Assembly (NCBI RefSeq): GCF_001194135.2
Contig: NC_068989.1
Coordinates: forward strand, 11,232,562 to 11,273,972
Reading direction: 5' to 3'
DNA: 41,411 bases
Origin: Octopus bimaculoides
Lineage: Eukaryota
The translations under genes were made by a program, and so were the position numbers. Shown one piece after another: positions 35,497 to 41,411 of this stretch. The first letter of the stretch is position 1; every line of letters begins with the position of its first letter. Under the pieces are notes generated by a model. The model did not search any database. It was not told where the DNA came from and worked only from the letters and a program-made list of their open reading frames with translations.

Positions 35497-35730
35497 AAGG
35501 CAGCGAGCTGGCAGAAATGTTAGCACGCCGGGTGAAATGCTTAACGGTATTTCGTCTGCCGCTACGTTCTGAGTTCAAATTCCGCCAAGGTCGACTTTGC
35601 CTTTCATCCTTTCGAGGTCGATTAAATAAGTACCAGTTACGCACTGGGGTCGATATAATCGACTTAATCCGTTTGTCTGTCCTTGTTTGTCCCCTCTGTG
35701 TGTAGCCCCTTGTGGGCAGTAAAGAAATAA
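35497..35730 (+). mobile_element. SINE family B, near consensus
   Basis: GGCAGCGAGCTGGCAGAAATGTTAGCACGCCGGG...GAGTTCAAATTCCGCC...AAAGAAATAAG tail. Confidence 0.9.
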
Positions 35731-35807
35731 GGAACTATTATAAAACTTACAAAACCCTTAAAGGTGGTATTCGTTCACTCCATGTAAGTATATCTACTAG
35801 AGTAAAG

Positions 35808-36125
35808 ACCCGCTTTGGTCATGAATAACCATGGGATTGCACCTAGAAAGTTCCCCTTCAAGGCACAAGTCCAGGCAAGGTTGTTTATGGAAGTCCCACA
35901 GCTGTCCATGCATACCAACCTCCCCTCTTCACGCCACCGATGTTATTCAAGGGAAAGGCAAAGGCCGATACAGCTTGGCACCAGTGATGTCGCAACTCAT
36001 TTCTAAATGAACTGGAGCAATGTGAAATAAAGTGTTTTGCTCAAGAACACAACATACAGTCTGGTCCAGGAATTGAACTCACTACCTCATGATTGTGAGC
36101 CTGATGCTCTGACTACTGAGCCAAC
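35808..36125 (-). mobile_element. SINE family D-related
   Basis: Minus-strand tRNA-like head TGGCTCAGTAGTCAGAGCATCAGGCTCACAATC...GAGTTCAATTCC; CORE-like body GTGTTCTTGAGCAAAACACTTTATTTCACATTGCTCC. Confidence 0.8.
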
Positions 36126-36967
36126 CCTTATGCAAACTACCATACATCAGTATATGCATTGGTTGCTCTCTCTCTAGAAGTCATTAGTTTGTCTAAAAAA
36201 CTTATACAGTAGTGTTTGAAACCCCACCTTCCTTCGTTCGTTTTTGTGGAATATTACATGAGTTAAGAGATCTGATAACAAAACTGCAATAGAATCTTCT
36301 TTAGTTGGTGTTGTTATTTAAATTGTGGAATTACGAAACGCATATTGGGGTTTGGCCTGTAAAGATCACTGATGCGAATGATCTAGTTATTTGTGAAGCT
36401 AACTTTTGAAAATCAGTTACCTGCTTACTTAGCTCACATTTAGGTTGCATAGGAAAACCTCTGACAAAGCAGGAAACACAACAGGTGGTTGGTTGGTTGG
36501 CAAAAGAGCTCTCATGTAATCAGATCCTTCTACAGACAACTGCTTTTGAGACTGTGCTTTCATGACAGATAGGAAGAGTTAGAAGGTGGTAGTTGTAAAT
36601 AAAAGCGGCAAGGCATTGTAAACCTGTTGTTTAAGACTAGTTGACACAACCTACACATTTCAATGTTTTCCTTTTAATATAATGGCGTAAAATAATTCTT
36701 TTTTTTTTTTACATTTTAAATCTCAAATTAAAACAAATTTCTATGACATGAAGAAAGGTGTTTTTTTTTGTTTTTTTTTTTAGTTAAAGCACTTCTTTGA
36801 AGAAATGAGAAGTGTGTGGAAAGTCTTTGACTTCGTTTACTGTTTTCTTGTACTCTTTTAGTTTTTATTTTATTTTAAAGAACTTGATTGAAACATCAGA
36901 ACATCACAAACTTTGTTGGTGTTCTTTGCTATACCATAAGTTATTAATTAATTACTAGTAAAGTTGA

Positions 36968-37200
36968 GAGGCGCATGGAGGTGCATGGCTTAGTGGTTAG
37001 GGTGTTGGACTCATGATCTTAAGATTTTGGTTTTAATTCCCAGACCAAAGGATGTGTTGTGTTCTTCACCAAAACACATCATTTCATATTGCTCCTGTCC
37101 ACTCAGCTGGTAAAAAAAAGAGTAATCCTGCGATAGACCGATGTCCTGTTCAGTGAGGAATGTATACGCCTGAGAAACCAAGAAACTGGCTCTATTCTCC
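36968..37200 (+). mobile_element. SINE family D
   Basis: GCATGGCTTAGTGGTTAGGGTGTTGGACTCATGATC...TTAATTCCCAGACC head. Confidence 0.8.
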
Positions 37201-37225
37201 TTACAGAAAATAATGTGGACTAACT

Positions 37226-37392
37226 AGGCGCAGGAGTGGCTGTGTAGTAAGTAGCATGCTTACCAACCACATGGTTTTGGGTTCAGTCCTACTGTGTGGG
37301 CACCTTGAGCAAGTGTCTTCTACTATAGCCTCGGACCGACCAAAGCCTTGTGAGTGGATTTGGTGGACAGAAACTGAAAGAAGCCCGTCATA

Positions 37393-37460
<68 letters not shown>

Positions 37461-37628
37461 NNNNNNNNNNGTTTATGTCCCCATAACTTAGCGGTTCGGC
37501 AAAAGGGAACCGATAGAATAAGTACTAGGCTTACAAAGAATAAGTCCTGGGGTTGATTTGCTCAACTAAAGGCGGTGCTCCAGCATGGCCGCAGTCAAAT
37601 GACTGAAACAAGTAAAAGAGTAAAAGAG
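37226..37628 (+). mobile_element. SINE family A, full length
   Basis: Complete head, microsatellite and tail (10-N gap inside). Confidence 0.9.
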
Positions 37629-38065
37629 TGACCATTTTTAAGAAATGTGATTTTGGTAACTCCATAGTCCCAGTTTTCTACAATCATACAACACTGCTAA
37701 TAAAATTCCTTCCAAAAACAGTCTTAGATAGGAGCTGTCTCCGTGATCATCACTGCTTTTAATGTCCACTTTTTCCATGCTTGCATGAATCAGGCAGATT
37801 TGTTGAGGCAGAACTTTTACAGCCAGAAATTGAACATATTCAATTTCTAGATATGTTATTTTACTTAATTTTTCCCTCATAATTGTGATTTATAACTGTA
37901 ATCAATAAAATTGGAGATAGATGATTACTGCCAGGTTGACTTGTCTTTCTTTGTAGCTTTTGAGATATTCTGGGGCCTGTCTCTGTTTTCATGATGCTAA
38001 AAGCTTGAAGTATACTTAACAGACAGAGATATATTTCTTAACCCTTTTGATATTAACCCATCCAT

Positions 38066-38290
38066 TAGGTGGTGAGCTGTGGCAGTATTGTTAGCACTCT
38101 GGGCAAAATGCTTAGTAATATTTCAGCTGTCTGTAGGTTCTGAGCTTAAATTTTGCCATGGTTGACTTCGCCTTTCATCCTTTTGGGGGTCGAAAAAGCT
38201 AAGTACCAGTTGAACACTGGGGTCGAAGTAATTGGCTTCATCCCTCCCTGGAAATCGTTGGCCTTATGCCAAAATTTGAATTCAATATTA
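38066..38290 (+). mobile_element. SINE family B
   Basis: GGTGGTGAGCTG...CTTCGCCTTTCATCCTTTTGGGGGTCG...TGCCAAAATTTGAA. Confidence 0.8.
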
Positions 38291-38539
38291 ACCCGTCTAA
38301 GACTGTCTCTAATTCTGTAGAACAAAGCAGCCAATTTTAAGTGTTCAAACTCGAATAAAAGTTTTTCCATTATGATTAAATGTAAGAACTTTTTTATTAG
38401 GACATGTTCAAATACTTGCTTCATAAAGATAAAGTCGGGTATTTTATGAAATCTCTTGAAATTTTTGATTATTTTCCAAAATATTTTAATCACATAACCA
38501 AGTACAGTCTGTAGTTTCTGAAATAAGGAATTTTGTATT

Positions 38540-38700
38540 GTGTATTGATCAGAGTAGTGTCCACATCTTGATTGTTGCATTCGCCACATTTTGGCTATTG
38601 TATGCTCTGGCCTTTTCAGATATCTTGTGATTCGATTCTCTTTAGTGCCTTGCCTCAGACTGAACTCAGAAACTCTAGGTGACTGCATGCATTAACTAGC
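38540..38700 (-). mobile_element. Penelope-like terminal remnant with decayed hammerhead
   Basis: Minus strand ATCTGAAAAGGCCAGAGCATACAATAGCCAAAATGTGGCGAATGCAACAATCAAGATGTGGACAC resembles the CTGAAGAAGGCC...GGCCGAAACGTTG layout; the GAAA core is mutated. Confidence 0.45.
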
Positions 38701-38834
38701 ACCTTTATCCACTATGCTATGCAATCTCAGTACAAAGCTGAAATGTAGTGGAAAGCAACAACCAGGATGAGGACAACTACCCTGACTAGTATATAATGTA
38801 CCCAAGCATTTTGTAAGAAATTTGGGGCTGTCAG

Positions 38835-39053
38835 TTTTAAGCAATGTGAATAAATAATCATTACATTTGACAGAATTTGCTTTGAATTAATCCCGCATTT
38901 TCTTGTTGCTTCAAGATTTTGATAATGTGATTGTTTACTTTTAGAATGTCATTATAATAAGGTCGGTTTGAGTAGCCAGATCTGGATCGTTTGAACATAA
39001 AACAGGTAGAATACCTGGGCTGGATATGGCCGGTTTAAATGCTAAAGGATTAA
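38835..39053 (-). mobile_element. TTAA-ended (piggyBac-like) MITE
   Basis: Ends GGCCGGTTTAAATGCTAAAGGATTAA; reverse-complement homologue of 15024-15252. Confidence 0.65.
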
Positions 39054-39437
39054 GGGTATGTGCACCTGTGGAGTGCTCAGCCATTTGCATATTAATTTCA
39101 CAAGCAGACTGTTCTATTGATTGGTTGGTTCAACAGAAACACTCATTGTCATAACCAACCGAGAGCCAGTTAGTTCGTTAGTTAGGTTGAATTAACTACT
39201 AGTAAATGCTAGGTTCTGATCTCACCCAACATAGGAAGTCTAATATTTCAACTATCATATTTGCTTTTCCTACACTTCAAAATGTTCTTTCATTACTTTT
39301 ATTTGTTTACTGTTACTTACTGATGCAAGTGGTCTAGTGTAAGTATCATAGGGCCGTATACATGAGTAACAGGTGGCAGGATGCTAGAATTGTAAGTACT
39401 GGCACGATTATATGCTTTTATGCTTTTAGCATTCAAT

Positions 39438-39835
39438 CGTCAGAAGCAGAGAGGTTGGTAGAAAAGCCAAATTTTCCTTCATCAGTTCGGTTTCCTGGGG
39501 TCTTGAATGTTGGGTAATGACTGAGAAAAGTCTGATTGCAAATTCAGGTGACTGGAATTAGGTTCCTCCGAAAGATCTTTGGAATAATGTTACTCGACAG
39601 GTTGTGTAGTGCAAAGATCAGGATGTCTCTCCAGATCAAGCTCCTCACTTCTCTACATTGAGAAATCATGGCTCCTGTGCCGTGGACATGGGATTAGAAT
39701 GTCGCAGGAAAGAATCGCTAAACAGATTCTTCAAGATGAGCCAAACTGCAGGAGAATTAGGAGTAGACCAAGAACAAGATGGTTGGATAATATCCAAAGT
39801 CTCAGTTGATCATGTTTGGGAATCCAGTAATGATG
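39438..39835 (+). mobile_element. RTE-clade LINE 3' coding fragment, decayed
   Basis: REVGRKAKFSF...GLECWVMTEK, RFLRKIFG, IEKSWL...GHGIRMSQERIAKQIL...RSRPRTRWLDNI, matching RTE C-terminal motifs (YG.E.W; W.GHV.RM; RGRP..RW.D). Confidence 0.8.
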
Positions 39836-40666
39836 GTCACTTTTGATAGGGCCCTATTCAGGAGGGGCCTGAGGACTCTACCCACATGACAATCTCAGGA
39901 ATAGTGGGTGGTGCAAATGAATAGATATGTTTATGGATGGATGGGTGGATAGATGGATGGATGGGTAGATGGCTGGGTGGTTGGGTGGATGTTGCTTTTT
40001 TTTCTTTCATTGAGTGACTGCTTGGAGTACCAGAGTGAAGCAACTTATTCATTCAATTCTTCTCGATTACATTGAAGACATATTTCCTTTCCTTGCTTGT
40101 TGTAACAATTTTGCCGTCTTTTTTTTTGTTGAATAGATCTGGACCAATTTTAGAATGTGTTGATCACGATTTACAATGGGTGTGGTAGCAGTCTGTTTTC
40201 AGAGCATGTAATTGTAACAGAGATTTTATGACTGGCTACCAATCCTAGCATTAAAGAAAACAACAACAACAACAAGAAAAAGATAAACAAACCAAACAAT
40301 ACATAACAAACACAACAAGAAAAAAAAACCCTCCAAACAAGATATATGGGAATTTTTTCCATTCTATATCTATCTGTCTATCAACTTATACAAGTGTGTG
40401 TGTCTGTGTATGTATAAATGTGTGTGAGACAATGTGAGTAAAGTATGCAACATGTAACAGATGACAGGTAAGCTTAGGTATAGTGTAGCAACTATTTGAT
40501 ATTAACAAGAAGAATATTGATACACAACCTATAATATACTTCACTCATTAAGCCACATGATAACTGCTACACCTCTTCTTTTTAAATTGTGTAATAACGT
40601 GTGAGCCATTATAATAACTCTGGTGCTACTTTGCCAGTCATTGGGTATGGCGATTTTTTTGTACAG

Positions 40667-40688
40667 CCTGACTTTATATGAGCGACTA
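40667..40688 (+). CDS. Candidate 22-bp micro-exon (LTLYERL)
   Basis: Acceptor gatttttttgtacag and donor CTA|gtaagt, both near consensus; single open frame. Confidence 0.2.
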
Positions 40689-41194
40689 GTAAGTATCCTA
40701 GTTGCCAGATACTTTAAGGCATTCGCTGGTAATTCCTGATGGATCAAGGACTTTCTTTAGTTTTATACCCTGTACTGCTTTATCTATCTTGTTGCTGTCT
40801 ATGAGAATGGCTGACAGGTCATTTGGGTAAATAAATGCTGGGCGGATCCTCTTTCTCTTATCCATTCTTCACATTTAATAGCTTTATATAGTTCTGCTTA
40901 CACCTCCCCCAAACATTTATGAGCATGTATATATATGTATGTATGTATATCATCATTATTGTTTAACATCTGCCTTCCATGCTGGCATGGGTGGGACACA
41001 CAAATATACACACACATATTTTTTAGGAAGTTAATTGTTATGGCTAGTCAGGGAGTGACCATCGGTTTGACACCTATAAAGCGCTTAGCCACAACTTGTC
41101 AGATTCGAATGGTTTAGAGTATGCTTCTTTTGCGGATATTTGAACTACTAACGATATATATACACACACACAATGCTTTAATGTCTGTTTTCCA

Positions 41195-41411
41195 TGCTGG
41201 CTGCGTGGTAAGAAACTTGCTTTCCAACCACATGGTTCCGGGTTCAGTTCCTCTGCGTGGCACCATGGGAAAGTGTCTGCTGCTATAACCTCAGGCCAAC
41301 CAAAGCCTTGTGAGTGCATTTGGTAGATGGAAAATGAAAGAAGCCTGTCGTATATATATATATATATATATATATAGCTATAACCTCAGGCCAACCAAAG
41401 CCTTGTGAGTG
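41195..41411 (+). mobile_element. SINE family A 5' half with terminal 35-bp duplication
   Basis: Head and core present; GCTATAACCTCAGGCCAACCAAAGCCTTGTGAGTG occurs at ~41283 and ~41377. Confidence 0.85.

Noticed and set aside
36300-36410. Plus-frame peptide LFKLWNYETH resembling a WD40 motif
   Set aside because: Similarity is limited to about 6 residues, the frame ends in a stop, and there is no good donor.
38146-38688. 180-aa minus-strand ORF
   Set aside because: Chimeric: the N-terminus is a PLE-like terminal remnant, the C-terminus is SINE B, and the middle is AT-rich with no recognisable domain.
41377-41411. Exact 35-bp duplication at the window end
   Set aside because: Follows a (TA)n run inside a SINE; most likely a short-read assembly or slippage artefact.

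Overview
AT-rich, repeat-saturated eukaryotic DNA from a gapped short-read assembly (13 N-runs, most next to microsatellites). The repeat families look like those of octopod cephalopods (Octopus); this is recall of the SINE sequences, not a database result. I cannot name any protein-coding gene. Most long ORFs in the supplied track are artefacts of N-runs, microsatellites or SINEs. The window holds: (i) more than 40 copies of four SINE-like families, here labelled A-D; (ii) decayed autonomous-element fragments: an internally deleted mariner (23242-24134), an R4/Dong-type RT fragment (9681-10190) and an RTE LINE 3' fragment (39438-39835); (iii) non-autonomous DNA elements: TTAA-ended MITEs, hAT-like ends and a DINE-1/HINE-like element; (iv) several Penelope-like terminal fragments carrying hammerhead ribozyme (HHR) motifs; (v) a few candidate small exons on both strands, supported only by splice signals. 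The most striking items are a near-complete minimal type I HHR (26518-26601, minus strand) inside a perfect 38-bp inverted repeat that could sequester its catalytic half, and a ~300-bp, ~89%-identical inverted repeat (14325-14623 / 16001-16300) that matches none of the SINE families. SINE and MITE boundaries are approximate (about +/-20 bp).
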